A stretch of DNA of 64,000 nt from an uncultured delta proteobacterium (GCA_963806225.1 CAWDXG010000004.1:4288001-4352000), one strand, 5' to 3'; positions 20,512 to 30,557 are shown, counted from the first letter of the stretch. Program-made: numbers and translations. The notes: a model not told the origin generated them from the letters alone.

Positions 20512-22515
20512 CTAGCGAATCACCACGCGTTTCAGCAGCTCCACAAGAACACGTGGTAGAAGCTCCGGTCTAGGGAGCACTGTATAGCCGCCGGGACCGA
20601 AGATCCGTGGCACGTAGGCCGGCGCCTCGCGATCGACGGTGAGACACAGCACGTGCATCCCCTGCCGGCGTGCTTCGACCACCGCCTGGTGCGTGTCCTC
20701 GACGCCGTAGCGACCCTCGTACTCGTCCACGTCGTTTGGTTTGCCATCCGACACCAGCAGCAGCACCTGATGCCGCGCCGGTCGACCCGCGAGGAGTGCG
20801 GTCGCATGCCGGAGCGCGGCACCAACGCGGGTGTAGCGCTCGGGTTCGAGCCCGGCGATGCGCCGCCGGACGGCGCCGCTCAGCCGCTCGTCGAATTGCT
20901 TGAGGGCCGCCGTGGTCACTGCCAGGGGGCCTTCCCCGGAGAACGCGAGGATCGCGTAGGGGTCGCCGAGGGTCTCGAGCGCTTCGCACACCACCAGCAG
21001 CGCTTCCTTCTCGACGTCCACCACGCGCAGCTGGGCAGCGACCCAGCTGTCAGTCGACGCGCTCGCATCGACCAGCAGGCACAACGCCAGATCCCTGCGC
21101 CTCGGTCTGACGGACTGATACAGCCGGCCATCATCCGGCAGACCAGCACTTCGATCCGCGTACGCCATTACGAAAGCATCAACGTCAACGTCGTCGCCAT
21201 CACGCTGGCGGCCGAGCCGCAGTCGCTCCGGGCGCAACCGCTCGAAGCGCCTGCGGACCTCACGCACCAGTCCCGCGTGCCGCGCCAGCGCATCGCGGAC
21301 CCAGCGCTCGTCGCCCGCCGCGGGTTCGATCGCGCGCACGACCGCGCCGCGCTCGCGGTAGCAGCCGCGCTGGTAGTCCCACTCCGGGTACACGATGCCC
21401 CACGCCGACGCGGCGGGACCCGGCGCGGGCGCGGCGCGCTCGGGAAGGCTTTGTCCCAGCAGGATCTCGCGTGCGCGCTGCTGTGTGCGCACGAGCCGCG
21501 CCTCGGCCAGCTCGGACAGGGAATCGGCCAGCTCGTCGGCGTCGGCGTCGAGGTCGCGATCGGCCGGCCGCTGGAGGCCCATCGGATCCTCGACGCTCTG
21601 CTCGGCGTCGTCTGCCTTGACGATGAACGTGCCGGGCCGGTCGTCGTCCTCGTCGTCGGTCGCCTGGCGGACGCGCGGTCGCCGCCGCATGCGAGCGATA
21701 CGCGGTGCCGTCGTGGGCTTGTCGGCGTCATCGCAAGGAACGAGCCGCGGCGTGCAGCCTTCGACGCTCGTTTCCAGCCGCCCCCACAGCTCCACAGCGC
21801 CAAGCCCGCGATATGCGGCCGCTTCGCTGATCTGCCGGGCGCGTTCGAGAGCCCATGCCCTGGACGCAACCGGTCCGCCCTCCACGGGAGCCCACGCGGG
21901 TGGCCTACTCGGCGGCAGGCGCAGGATCTCGCGCAGCAATGCTTCCACTTCGCGCTCGGCCGGGCGCAGCGCTTCGGGATGCGGGCGGCACTCGAGAGCG
22001 TCGAGGCGCGCTCGTGCGAGCGCTGCCTCGAAGCCCGGCAGCTCCCGGGCCAGGCTCTCCTCGACTGCCACGGCTTCCGCCAGCACGAATAGATCGCGGG
22101 CCAGCGCATCGCTGTGGGGTGGCTGGTAGCGCGCGCTGCCTCGCGCTACGCGCGCCGCCTGCTGGAGCGCCAGCAGTTGATAGCGTCGCGCGTCGTGCTC
22201 CCGTACACCCGATGGTTCGAGCGAAGGCGGCAAGCGGACGACGCGACCGTCCGTCGATGCGAGCGTGCGCTGATCGACCAGGTGCCGCGGTAGGCGACGC
22301 ACCAGACGTGCGAACAAGCCTGCCGGCGCCGGCGGGTCGGCGGGGACCACCGCGGGAGCGGCCTCGTAGAGCAAGGTCAGCAAGAGCTCGATGCGCCTGC
22401 GCACATCCGCGAGCGCCACCCGTTCCGGCTCGGACGAGTAGCGGCGCCACAGCTTCTGTGCGGCGGAGGTGGCGTGGATGGCCGCCTGGATGAGCAGCTC
22501 CTCGGGTTCCGACAC
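20512..22515 (-). CDS. norD: Nitric oxide reductase activation protein NorD (VWA)
   Basis: YPEWDY, DASAST MIDAS, YTRVGAALRHA, SDGKPND; follows norQ. Confidence 0.92.
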   Translation of the reverse strand: MSEPEELLIQAAIHATSAAQKLWRRYSSEPERVALADVRRRIELLLTLLYEAAPAVVPADPPAPAGLFARLVRRLPRHLVDQRTLASTDGRVVRLPPSLEPSGVREHDARRYQLLALQQAARVARGSARYQPPHSDALARDLFVLAEAVAVEESLARELPGFEAALARARLDALECRPHPEALRPAEREVEALLREILRLPPSRPPAWAPVEGGPVASRAWALERARQISEAAAYRGLGAVELWGRLETSVEGCTPRLVPCDDADKPTTAPRIARMRRRPRVRQATDDEDDDRPGTFIVKADDAEQSVEDPMGLQRPADRDLDADADELADSLSELAEARLVRTQQRAREILLGQSLPERAAPAPGPAASAWGIVYPEWDYQRGCYRERGAVVRAIEPAAGDERWVRDALARHAGLVREVRRRFERLRPERLRLGRQRDGDDVDVDAFVMAYADRSAGLPDDGRLYQSVRPRRRDLALCLLVDASASTDSWVAAQLRVVDVEKEALLVVCEALETLGDPYAILAFSGEGPLAVTTAALKQFDERLSGAVRRRIAGLEPERYTRVGAALRHATALLAGRPARHQVLLLVSDGKPNDVDEYEGRYGVEDTHQAVVEARRQGMHVLCLTVDREAPAYVPRIFGPGGYTVLPRPELLPRVLVELLKRVVIR

Positions 22516-22516
22516 G

Positions 22517-23356
22517 CTACACCGTCGCGTCGATCAGATCGCCCACCGCTCCAAGCAGCTCGGGATCATCGCCCAGCGGCGCCATCAGCGCCGAGCGACA
22601 GGCTGTCCGCGGCGGGATCCCGCTGGCGATGAGCCGTGCAGTCGCAACGAGCAGCCGCGTGCTGGGCACTTCGGACAGACCCCGCTCGTGCAGGCGTCGC
22701 ACCCGCCGCACCAACTGGACCAGCATGCGCGCCACGTCGCCAGCAACACCGCCCTCGTGTGCGACGATCGCCGCTTCCTGCTCGGGCCCGGGAAAGTCGA
22801 AGTCCAGGGCCACGAAGCGCTGGCGCGTGCTCGGCTTCAGATCCTTGAGCACGTGCTGGTAGCCGGGATTGTAGGAGATGACTAGCTGGAAGCCGGGTGC
22901 TGCTTCGATCAGCTCGCCGGTCTTGTCTACCGGCAGCACGCGCCGGTCGTCGGTGAGGGGATGGATCACGACGACTGTGTCCTGCCGCGCTTCCACCACC
23001 TCGTCGAGGTAGCAGATCGCCCCGCGCCGGGCCGCCAGAGTCAGCGGACCGTCCTGCCACACCGTCGCGCCGTCGCGCACCAGGTAGCGGCCGAGCAGAT
23101 CATTCGCGGACAGGTCGTCGTGACAGGCCACCGTGATCAATGGACGACCGAGCCGCCACGCCATGTGTTCGACGAAGCGCGTCTTGCCGCAACCGGTCGG
23201 GCCCTTGAGCATCACCGCCAACCCACGCGCATGACACATCTCGAAGATGCGGATCTCGTCGGCGGACGGCAGATAGTACGGCTCGGCCTCGTAGCGTCTG
23301 AGCCCGTCGGCGTGCACTCGCGCGACCACCGGGTGTCTGGGTTCCCCGTCGGCCAT
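22517..23356 (-). CDS. norQ: NorQ/NirQ/CbbQ AAA ATPase
   Basis: GPTGCGKT, YLDEVVEARQDT, SYNPGYQ..LKDLKPSTRQRF. Confidence 0.95.
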   Translation of the reverse strand: MADGEPRHPVVARVHADGLRRYEAEPYYLPSADEIRIFEMCHARGLAVMLKGPTGCGKTRFVEHMAWRLGRPLITVACHDDLSANDLLGRYLVRDGATVWQDGPLTLAARRGAICYLDEVVEARQDTVVVIHPLTDDRRVLPVDKTGELIEAAPGFQLVISYNPGYQHVLKDLKPSTRQRFVALDFDFPGPEQEAAIVAHEGGVAGDVARMLVQLVRRVRRLHERGLSEVPSTRLLVATARLIASGIPPRTACRSALMAPLGDDPELLGAVGDLIDATV

Positions 23357-24751
23357 CTATTCCCCCGGTTCCGGCAAGGCCTCGGACGCGGGCTCCGCCC
23401 CGGCGGCCTCGGCAACTCCTCCGAGGCCAGCCTGCGCGCGACGGGGAATGATGAAGAAGAAATCGAACAGGTAGAGCGCGACGCCGAGCGTGAACAGGCT
23501 ACCGGTTGCGATCAGCATCACAAAGTGGACACGTATCTTCGCCTGCACATCCAGATAGCCAATCCCCATGATGCGTTCGAGGTAGGTCTGGGCAATTCCG
23601 CCGGCCGCGAACGCCATCGTCATGCCGAACATGCCGGCCACCTGCAGCCAGAACGCCCACATACCGACGGCGCTGCCCTTCTCGTCGTCGCTGCCGCTGA
23701 GCGAGGGCATGGCGTAGGTGATGAGGGCGAGCACGATCATCACGTAGGCGCCGAAAAATGCCATGTGACCATGCATGGGCGTGATGAGCGTGCCGTGGGT
23801 CCACTTGTTGACCGAGGGCCACGTGTGCGCCAGACCGAGCACACCCGCACCCAGCGCCGAGTAGATCGCGCTGCCGATGGTCCAGTGCAGTGCCAGCCGG
23901 TTCGGGTGGGAGAAGCCCGAGCGCCTCAGGGCAAAGTAGGCGTAGATGGCCATGCCCAGGAACGACAGCGGCTCCAATGCGCTGAAGATGCCGCCGATGG
24001 GCAGCCAGAAGTGTGGCACGCCGATCCAGTAGTAGTGGTGCGCAGTACCCAGAATGCCGGAGATGAATGTGAGCCCCACGATCACGTAAAGCCACTTCTC
24101 CATCACCTCGCGGTCCGCTCCGGACAGCCGGATCAACAGGAAGGCCAGCATGCCGCCCTGGATCAGCTCCCACACGCCCTCCACCCAGAGATGCACCGTC
24201 CACCAGCGGTAGAAGATGCTCATAGTGTAGTTGTTCCAGCTGATGAGGGCGGGCAGGTAGAGCAAGGCGCTGGCGATGAGCCCTCCTACCAGGACGCCCT
24301 CGGTCGTGGTCCAGCGCCCGGCCTTCTTGATCGTCATCAGGATGTTGAACAAGAACAGCAACATCACGCCGACGATGATCAGCTTCATCGGGAACGGTTG
24401 TTCGAGCAGCTTGTTTCCCGTGGTCCAGCCGAAGAAGTAACCGACGATGATAGTCAGTCCGGTCAGCGTCCAGATGGCGATCTGCCAATAGGCGAGCTTC
24501 TCGCTGTAGATCTCGGTGCGCGACTCCTCGGGCACCAGGTAGTAGGCCGCACCCATGAACCCGGTAAGCACCCACACGATCAGCAGATTCGTGTGCATCT
24601 CCTTCGTGACATCGAAGGGCAGGATGTTCAGCAGTGGATCGGGGCCGATGTACTTCGCGGCGGAAAGGAGGCCCAGCACCATCTGCAGGCCATACAGAAG
24701 CAGGGCGACGACGAAGTACGGATAGGCGACACGCTGGCTCTTGTACCGCAT
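23357..24751 (-). CDS. norB: Cytochrome c-dependent nitric oxide reductase large subunit
   Basis: HLWVEGVWE, GTAHHYYW, ALEP, HGHMAFFG; 464 aa. Confidence 0.95.
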   Translation of the reverse strand: MRYKSQRVAYPYFVVALLLYGLQMVLGLLSAAKYIGPDPLLNILPFDVTKEMHTNLLIVWVLTGFMGAAYYLVPEESRTEIYSEKLAYWQIAIWTLTGLTIIVGYFFGWTTGNKLLEQPFPMKLIIVGVMLLFLFNILMTIKKAGRWTTTEGVLVGGLIASALLYLPALISWNNYTMSIFYRWWTVHLWVEGVWELIQGGMLAFLLIRLSGADREVMEKWLYVIVGLTFISGILGTAHHYYWIGVPHFWLPIGGIFSALEPLSFLGMAIYAYFALRRSGFSHPNRLALHWTIGSAIYSALGAGVLGLAHTWPSVNKWTHGTLITPMHGHMAFFGAYVMIVLALITYAMPSLSGSDDEKGSAVGMWAFWLQVAGMFGMTMAFAAGGIAQTYLERIMGIGYLDVQAKIRVHFVMLIATGSLFTLGVALYLFDFFFIIPRRAQAGLGGVAEAAGAEPASEALPEPGE

Positions 24752-24755
24752 CGGT

Positions 24756-25565
24756 TCACTCCAGGCTCATGAGGTAGGCTGTGAGCTCGTCGACCTGTTT
24801 CGGCTTCAACGTCTCGTTGAAGTTGGCGGGCATCAGCGACTGTCCTCCGGCCGAGAAGGTCGCGCCCGGAACGATGTAGGCGCTCGGATGCAGGATCGAT
24901 TCGCGGATGTAGCCCTCGGCATCCGTGGCGCTGCCGTGATAGCCGGGGCTCTTGATTGTCTTTGCCGCGCGCGTGGCAATGCCGGCGAGCGATGGGCCGA
25001 CCAGTTTCACCCCCGGCGCGACCGAGTGACAGCTAGAGCAGCCCGGCGGTGTGGATCGGAAGAGAGCCTCGCCGAGTGCCACCGGATCGCTCGATGCCGC
25101 ACCCGGTTGTTCGGAGCTGACCTGGGGAGAGGCCGCCCCCGAAACGAGGATTGGGCGTGGCGGCCAGCCGTTGGTGTTGATGTGCGACACCCAGGTCAAG
25201 AATGCGATCAGGTGGTTGATGTCCTGGTCGCTGAGGTGCAGGTTCGGCATCAGCCGCCGGTTCTTCTTCTCGCTGTAGAAGCGCGAGGGATTCTTCAGGA
25301 ACTGCTGGAGGTAGGCCTTGCCGCGCTGCTGTGCGATCTTGGTGAGATCGGGCGCGTAGTAGGCGCCCTCCCCGAGCAGGGTGTGGCAGTTGGTGCAGTT
25401 TTCGCGATGCCAGACGTGCTCGCCGGCGATCACATCCGGCGTGAGCTTGTTCTCGTGCGTCAACGCGGGTACCGCGCGATGGGTATCGATCGTCAGCACG
25501 ATGAAGACGGCCGAGAACAGTGCCGTCGAGACGTAGAAGAAAAGACGCGTCTGTCGTTTCGTCAT
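24756..25565 (-). CDS. norC: NorC with an extra C-terminal cytochrome c domain (two CxxCH)
   Basis: N-terminal TM, CTNCHTLLGEGAYYAPDL, then CSSCH..VGPSL..YIRESI..MP. Confidence 0.9.
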   Translation of the reverse strand: MTKRQTRLFFYVSTALFSAVFIVLTIDTHRAVPALTHENKLTPDVIAGEHVWHRENCTNCHTLLGEGAYYAPDLTKIAQQRGKAYLQQFLKNPSRFYSEKKNRRLMPNLHLSDQDINHLIAFLTWVSHINTNGWPPRPILVSGAASPQVSSEQPGAASSDPVALGEALFRSTPPGCSSCHSVAPGVKLVGPSLAGIATRAAKTIKSPGYHGSATDAEGYIRESILHPSAYIVPGATFSAGGQSLMPANFNETLKPKQVDELTAYLMSLE

Positions 25566-25581
25566 GGTGGAACCCCGTGGT

Positions 25582-25722
25582 CTACACGTAGATGTGGCCC
25601 CAGTCGCTCCACACGATGCCGCCGGCATAGACGATCGCCACGAGCATCAGCACGACCACCACCACGCACAACACACGCGTTGCGCCGGCCCACCTCGGTG
25701 CACTCTCGCGCTCATCCGGCAT
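25582..25722 (-). CDS. 46-aa single-TM protein upstream of norC (not in the ORF track)
   Basis: GGAGGG RBS; MPDERESAPRWAGATRVLCVVVVVLMLVAIVYAGGIVWSDWGHIYV. Confidence 0.65.
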   Translation of the reverse strand: MPDERESAPRWAGATRVLCVVVVVLMLVAIVYAGGIVWSDWGHIYV

Positions 25723-25925
25723 TGGTCCCTCCACTCGGAATCAACGGTCGCTTGCCGCCGACCGTTGGTGGGGTCGACGTGTAGATCTCCGGGCGCGGGC
25801 GTTCAACCGCGCCAACGCGAGATGCGTTGGCACACATCTTGGCCTCCATGCATTTCCGCCGACTTGCCCGCTGGACAGAGGGCGGCTCTTCCATGCCCGT
25901 GATACTCCCGCGCCGTTCTTTGCCT

Positions 25926-25939
25926 ATGACATTGGTCAC
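25926..25939. promoter_or_regulatory. Crp/Fnr-like palindrome TGAC-N4-GTCA upstream of the nor genes
   Basis: ATGACATTGGTCAC; same motif at 34058, 34727 and 38880. Confidence 0.6.
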
Positions 25940-25957
25940 CGGCACGACGGCGGGACT

Positions 25958-26407
25958 TCAGAAGCGGAATTTCATGTGGCAGTTGGTGCATGCGTCGAGT
26001 ACGACACCCAGCTGTCGGGTGGTCGCGGGCAAGTCGTCGGCCTCGGCAGACCGAACAAGGCGCACCAGCTGTGCGTGGAACTTCTCGTCGAGCTCCTTGA
26101 ACTCGCCGAGCTTGTCGGCGTTCTTCGGTGGCGCGTAGGCGCCTTTTGCAAGCGCAGCCTCGGTGACCATGCGGGCCTGGTGGACTTTCCGGACGCTAGC
26201 CGGGATCGCCCGGAGGTTGTTGTAGGAGATGGCGGTCACCCAGTCCCGCGTTGCCTGGTGCAGCGCACGCATTTCGTTGCGGACGGGGTTTCCGACCGCT
26301 TGCGTCGAGGTGGCAGCTCGGTTGCCCGCCGCATCCGTCCCTTGGTCTGCCCGGCATGACGCGATAGCAAGCGCCATCGTCGCGATTGCCGCGCCCATTC
26401 CGTTCAT
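25958..26407 (-). CDS. Cytochrome c'-like (class II) lipoprotein
   Basis: IASC lipobox; helical body; C-terminal CTNCHMKFR. Confidence 0.8.
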   Translation of the reverse strand: MNGMGAAIATMALAIASCRADQGTDAAGNRAATSTQAVGNPVRNEMRALHQATRDWVTAISYNNLRAIPASVRKVHQARMVTEAALAKGAYAPPKNADKLGEFKELDEKFHAQLVRLVRSAEADDLPATTRQLGVVLDACTNCHMKFRF

Positions 26408-26409
26408 GG

Positions 26410-26955
26410 TCAGCCTCCCCTCGCTGTGACGCTCCGCTGCATGGAGTATGACACGCTGTACGTGGGCGAGTCGGCAACGTCCTTCCCGGGGCGCCAGAAG
26501 GCAATGGCGTAGTACATGGCCCAGGCGATGATGCTGATGAGGATGACCCACGCCCAGGTCGGCACGGGCGCCGGGGTTTCGGCCTGCGAGGGTTCCCAGT
26601 TCTGTTCGCGACCACCGCCGAAGGCGTGAACGACGACCGCGATCTGCCCTCCAACGACATCTCCAGCGGACAGTCCCTGCACCGAGATGTCCGGGCCGTT
26701 CCGTACCGTGAAAGGGATGCGGTGCACGCCCTTGTTGCCCTGCTGGTCCCACGCCTCGAGGCGCAGCACGTGCTCGCCGTCCGTCAGTTGGCGGGTGTCG
26801 AGGTTCAGTCCCACCGGCGCTTGCTCCGTGAAGAGAGGGCTCTCCGAGTCATCGAGATAGGCGACAACGCGGTCGGTTGGCTCGCTCGAGCGGTTTCCGT
26901 CGCCCGGGCTTTGCTTGCTCCACTGGCCTCCGTCGCGCTCGTCCGGTTCACTCAC
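26410..26955 (-). CDS. Ig-like domain plus C-terminal TM protein of the oxidase operon
   Basis: LDTRQLTDGEHVL, FTVRNGP, C-terminal TM; translationally coupled. Confidence 0.7.
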   Translation of the reverse strand: MSEPDERDGGQWSKQSPGDGNRSSEPTDRVVAYLDDSESPLFTEQAPVGLNLDTRQLTDGEHVLRLEAWDQQGNKGVHRIPFTVRNGPDISVQGLSAGDVVGGQIAVVVHAFGGGREQNWEPSQAETPAPVPTWAWVILISIIAWAMYYAIAFWRPGKDVADSPTYSVSYSMQRSVTARGG

Positions 26956-27194
26956 CGCTGCACCTTCACGTTCGGCGCCGAGTCGTCGAGCACGGCGCGC
27001 TTGATGTGACCGGCAGCCTTCTCGCCGGGCCAGAAGAGGAACCGGACGGCCAGTACCAGGGCGATCGCGACGATCACGAGGCCGGCTATGACCACGGCGA
27101 TCTCCCAGCTGCTATCGGGGCCACCTCGGTGCAACCCGGGGCCCATTGCGGCACAGAGTACGCCGAGGTTTGCCGTCGTCATGCTCAGGCTCAT
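26952..27194 (-). CDS. Small membrane protein
   Basis: One TM then WPGEK..HIKR.VL; overlaps both neighbours by 4 nt. Confidence 0.6.
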   Translation of the reverse strand: MSLSMTTANLGVLCAAMGPGLHRGGPDSSWEIAVVIAGLVIVAIALVLAVRFLFWPGEKAAGHIKRAVLDDSAPNVKVQR

Positions 27195-28159
27195 GGCGTG
27201 GGTCCCTTGTTTCTCACCTGCGCCACCTGCTCGGCGGTCACGCTGGGCGCGTGGTTGCCCCAGCTCGAACGCTCGTGGTTGACGATGGCCGCGATCTGCC
27301 CATCGTCGAGCTGTCCGGAAAACGGCGGCATCGTAACCGGATACTTCACGCCACCAATCACGCGCCCGTGCGCTCCGTGAAGCACCGTGGAGATGTGCTC
27401 GGTCGGATCCGATGCGTTGACGACGGTGTCACCCTTGAGCGGGGGGAAGGTGCCTGTGACGCCCTCGCCGCTGGCCTGGTGGCAGGAGGCGCAGTGTGTG
27501 GCGAACAGGGCTGCGCCCTGTCCGCCAGCGCTGGGCGCTGGCTTCGTGGCGTGTTGCTTGTTCCCGAGCGGCGTCTGATGCAGCGACAGGAGGTAGGCAA
27601 CCAGATCGAGCGCGCGCGGGGTCGCCACGACTTTGCCGCGGCTCGGCGCGAACTTTGCTGGAACGGGAACCACAGTCGCCTTGTCGCCGGGCGTGTCGAC
27701 GGTCCGGAACAAGTCGTGGAATCTGGGCATGATCGACCAGGGCGACACGGCGCGCGGGTTGTACAGGTGGATCAGTTGCCACGCCTTGCTCGGCTGCCGC
27801 TTGCCGATGTTCGATAGATCCGGACCGGTGCGCTCGGAGCCCAGCAATCCGGGCGTCTGCTGCCACCAAGTCATGGGGTGCAGGCGTGCGTAGTCGGACG
27901 CCACGGTGGGGCGCCCCCATACGGAATCCATCGGGAGCGGTCGCACCTGCTGCGTGTGGCAGACGGGACAACCCTCCGACACGAAGACCTCGAGGCCGCG
28001 CTGTTCGGCGGCCGACAGCGGCTTCGAGCCTGGTAGCGGCTGGTACCTGTGCTGGACCTCGACGGCGGGGCCCACCGCGACCAGCATGCTGAGCGCAAAG
28101 AAACCGAGAAACACGGCGCCGAAAAACAGCGCCGGTCGGTTGTAGACGTCAAGCCGCAC
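27191..28159 (-). CDS. ccoO: cbb3-type oxidase subunit II-like fused to a second cytochrome c
   Basis: EGCPVCHTQQVR, GSERTGPDL, HLYNPR..SIMP; second CASCH..FPPL..MP; GGAGG RBS before GTG. Confidence 0.82.
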   Translation of the reverse strand: MRLDVYNRPALFFGAVFLGFFALSMLVAVGPAVEVQHRYQPLPGSKPLSAAEQRGLEVFVSEGCPVCHTQQVRPLPMDSVWGRPTVASDYARLHPMTWWQQTPGLLGSERTGPDLSNIGKRQPSKAWQLIHLYNPRAVSPWSIMPRFHDLFRTVDTPGDKATVVPVPAKFAPSRGKVVATPRALDLVAYLLSLHQTPLGNKQHATKPAPSAGGQGAALFATHCASCHQASGEGVTGTFPPLKGDTVVNASDPTEHISTVLHGAHGRVIGGVKYPVTMPPFSGQLDDGQIAAIVNHERSSWGNHAPSVTAEQVAQVRNKGPTP

Positions 28160-29567
28160 CGGCTGCCTCCGGTTCGACAACCGGCGCGACTGCGCGCGAC
28201 CTTGCCGGCAGCATGCGCCACACGTTGAAGGCGAACAGCAGATGCGAGCCGAACATCAACGTTCCGCCGATGGCGCGCCACAGCCAGTAGGGGGCCATGA
28301 GCAGCACCGAGTTCTGGAACGGCTCGCCGTGCTTCCAGCTGAGCCCCTGTAGCGTCCCGCCGATGCTCAGCGACACGCCGTAGATGAGCAGGCCAATGAA
28401 CGCCAGCCAGAAGTGGATACCGATCGACAGCTGCGGCGCTTCACGCCCGGAGAGGCGCGGCAACAGTCCGTACGCGCCGCCCCAGATCAGGAATGTCACG
28501 AACCCGTACATGGTGATGTGCGAGTGGCCGACCGTGTAGTTGCTGAAGTGCCAGATCACGTTGAGCGAGCGCAGCGCTTCGAAGCTGCCCTGCATCGAAC
28601 CCACGAAGTAGTACACGACCCCGACCAGCAGAAAGGGCACGGCGTAGCTGCTCCTGAGCGCGTGACGGCTGCCGCGCATCGTCAAGAGGAAGTTCGCCGT
28701 TCCCGCGACGACCGGCACGATCATCCCCACGCTGAACAGCACCGCCACCGTCTGCAGCCACCAGGGCAGGGGGCTGTACAGGAAGTGGTGCGAGCCGATC
28801 ATCGTGTAGAAGAGCATCTGCGTCCAGAACGCGAGCACGCCCAGCGAGTACGAGTAGATCGGCTTGTTCAGCAGCTTGGGAAGGAAGTAGTAGGTGAGCC
28901 CGAGCACCATGGGCGTGAACCACATGCCGACGCCCTGGTGCATGTAGTAGCCCTGGATGACCGTCTCCCCGAGCCCGTGCTGGTAGAACGGCAGATAGGC
29001 AATGGTGACGAGCGTCAGCGTCCAGATCAGCGCACCCAGCACGTACCAGTTGGAGATGTAGATCTCGCGCGTGGTGCGCTGCGCCACGGTCCTGTAGAAG
29101 TTGTACAGTGTGAGCGCGAGCCCGGCGGCGAACAGCGCCATGACCGGCCACACGAACTCGCGGTATTCCTGACCGCCGTTGTTGAGCCCGGCAGCCAGAC
29201 AGATGTCGCCGGCGACCACGGAAGATGACATCAGGCCGAGCGCGATCCAGCCCAGCCGGTAGCTGTAGAGGCGCTTTCGGCAGGTGCGCGGCACCACGTA
29301 GTAGGCGAGCCCGAGCATGCCGTGGGATGCCCAGCCCCAGAACACGGTGTTGGTGTGGATGGGTCTCAGGCGGCCAAACGACAGCCAGCTCACGGCGTCG
29401 ATCTCGGGCCAGATGAACTTCAGGCTTAGATACAAGCCGACGAGCGTGCCGAAGACGAGCCACCACGCCGCGCCGACGAGGTAGCCGAACACTAGACGAG
29501 TCAGTTGCCGATCGTTGTCGATTACCTCGTCGATCGGCGCCTTGGCGACCGTTAGCGGTCGTCGCAT
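28149..29567 (-). CDS. ccoN: Divergent cbb3-type haem-copper oxidase subunit I
   Basis: FGRLRPIHTN, YISNWY, YYMHQGVG, YYFLPK..PIYSYSL, FYTMIGSHH, GHSH. Confidence 0.85.
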   Translation of the reverse strand: MRRPLTVAKAPIDEVIDNDRQLTRLVFGYLVGAAWWLVFGTLVGLYLSLKFIWPEIDAVSWLSFGRLRPIHTNTVFWGWASHGMLGLAYYVVPRTCRKRLYSYRLGWIALGLMSSSVVAGDICLAAGLNNGGQEYREFVWPVMALFAAGLALTLYNFYRTVAQRTTREIYISNWYVLGALIWTLTLVTIAYLPFYQHGLGETVIQGYYMHQGVGMWFTPMVLGLTYYFLPKLLNKPIYSYSLGVLAFWTQMLFYTMIGSHHFLYSPLPWWLQTVAVLFSVGMIVPVVAGTANFLLTMRGSRHALRSSYAVPFLLVGVVYYFVGSMQGSFEALRSLNVIWHFSNYTVGHSHITMYGFVTFLIWGGAYGLLPRLSGREAPQLSIGIHFWLAFIGLLIYGVSLSIGGTLQGLSWKHGEPFQNSVLLMAPYWLWRAIGGTLMFGSHLLFAFNVWRMLPARSRAVAPVVEPEAAGAA

Positions 29568-29593
29568 GGACTGTCTCCCTTCCGCTGCCGGGC

Positions 29594-30553
29594 TCAGCGC
29601 TTTGTGACCTGGACGCGCCACACCGTGGGGCCCTGTTCCAGGTAGTCGAACGAGAAGTCCGCGCCGGGGTGCGTTGCTTCGAGCGTGTAGTACATGCAGC
29701 GCGGGTCGTGATCGAGCGTGAGCTCCAGCGGCACGCCGGTTGGCAGCGAAGAGTACGCTCCCAGGACGTGCTCGATACGGTCTTTCGGTTCCACGTCGCG
29801 CACGTCTAGCCATTGCCGCTGCGCGCGTTCCCGGCGGCGTTCTTCCTTGTGTGCGGCTGACCCGCAGCCTGTCGGCTTGGAGGACTCCATCCACTTCTGC
29901 CACACCGCTCGCTGGCTGCGATCGCTTGGGCAGAGCACGAAGGGTCCAGCATAGCGAACACGGGTCAGCTCGACGACCAACGGCCCGAGCCCGAGCCCGT
30001 CCGTCGTTCGCTGCTCCGGGCCGGCTCCAAACAGCCGGAGATATTCCAGATGGCCAGTGAAGCGCTCCACCAGCGACCGCGCTTCGCGGAGATCCTCTCC
30101 AGCCGGGCGCACCTCCCAGGCCAACCCGACACGCTCCAGTCGCTGCCTCTCGATGGTCTCGAGCAGGGCCGAAGCCTCGCCCGCAAGAGTCCGGTGCGAC
30201 ACGAGAAGCCGGCCGCGCGCTGCCGCGTACAGGGCGTCGAGATCGTCGAGAAGCGCCGCCGGGATCACGCCAGGCGAAGCGACGACCGGCGCCGCCACGC
30301 GTGCGGACAGCTGCGCCGTCTCGAGGCTGCAGATCTCGTCGAGGTCAGCCACATACAGGCCGGTCACCGGGCAATCGTGTCTGGAAAGAAGCTGTGCGAG
30401 CTCCCCCAGGTCGGCGGGAGCGAGCGCGCGCGGAAGGTCACACTCCGCGTCGCTCACCAGTTCGATCCCGCGAAGGCCCCTGCGGTGGCAGGCGTCGAGA
30501 AGCTCGACGATCCGATAGTCCGGATCCGCGCTTGCGCTCAGGGATGTCCGCAT
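29594..30553 (-). CDS. Xylose-isomerase-like TIM barrel fused to DUF2249
   Basis: GLRGIEL N-terminus; C-terminal LDVRDVEP..DHDP..YLEQGPTVWRV. Confidence 0.7.
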   Translation of the reverse strand: MRTSLSASADPDYRIVELLDACHRRGLRGIELVSDAECDLPRALAPADLGELAQLLSRHDCPVTGLYVADLDEICSLETAQLSARVAAPVVASPGVIPAALLDDLDALYAAARGRLLVSHRTLAGEASALLETIERQRLERVGLAWEVRPAGEDLREARSLVERFTGHLEYLRLFGAGPEQRTTDGLGLGPLVVELTRVRYAGPFVLCPSDRSQRAVWQKWMESSKPTGCGSAAHKEERRRERAQRQWLDVRDVEPKDRIEHVLGAYSSLPTGVPLELTLDHDPRCMYYTLEATHPGADFSFDYLEQGPTVWRVQVTKR

Positions 30554-30557
30554 GACG

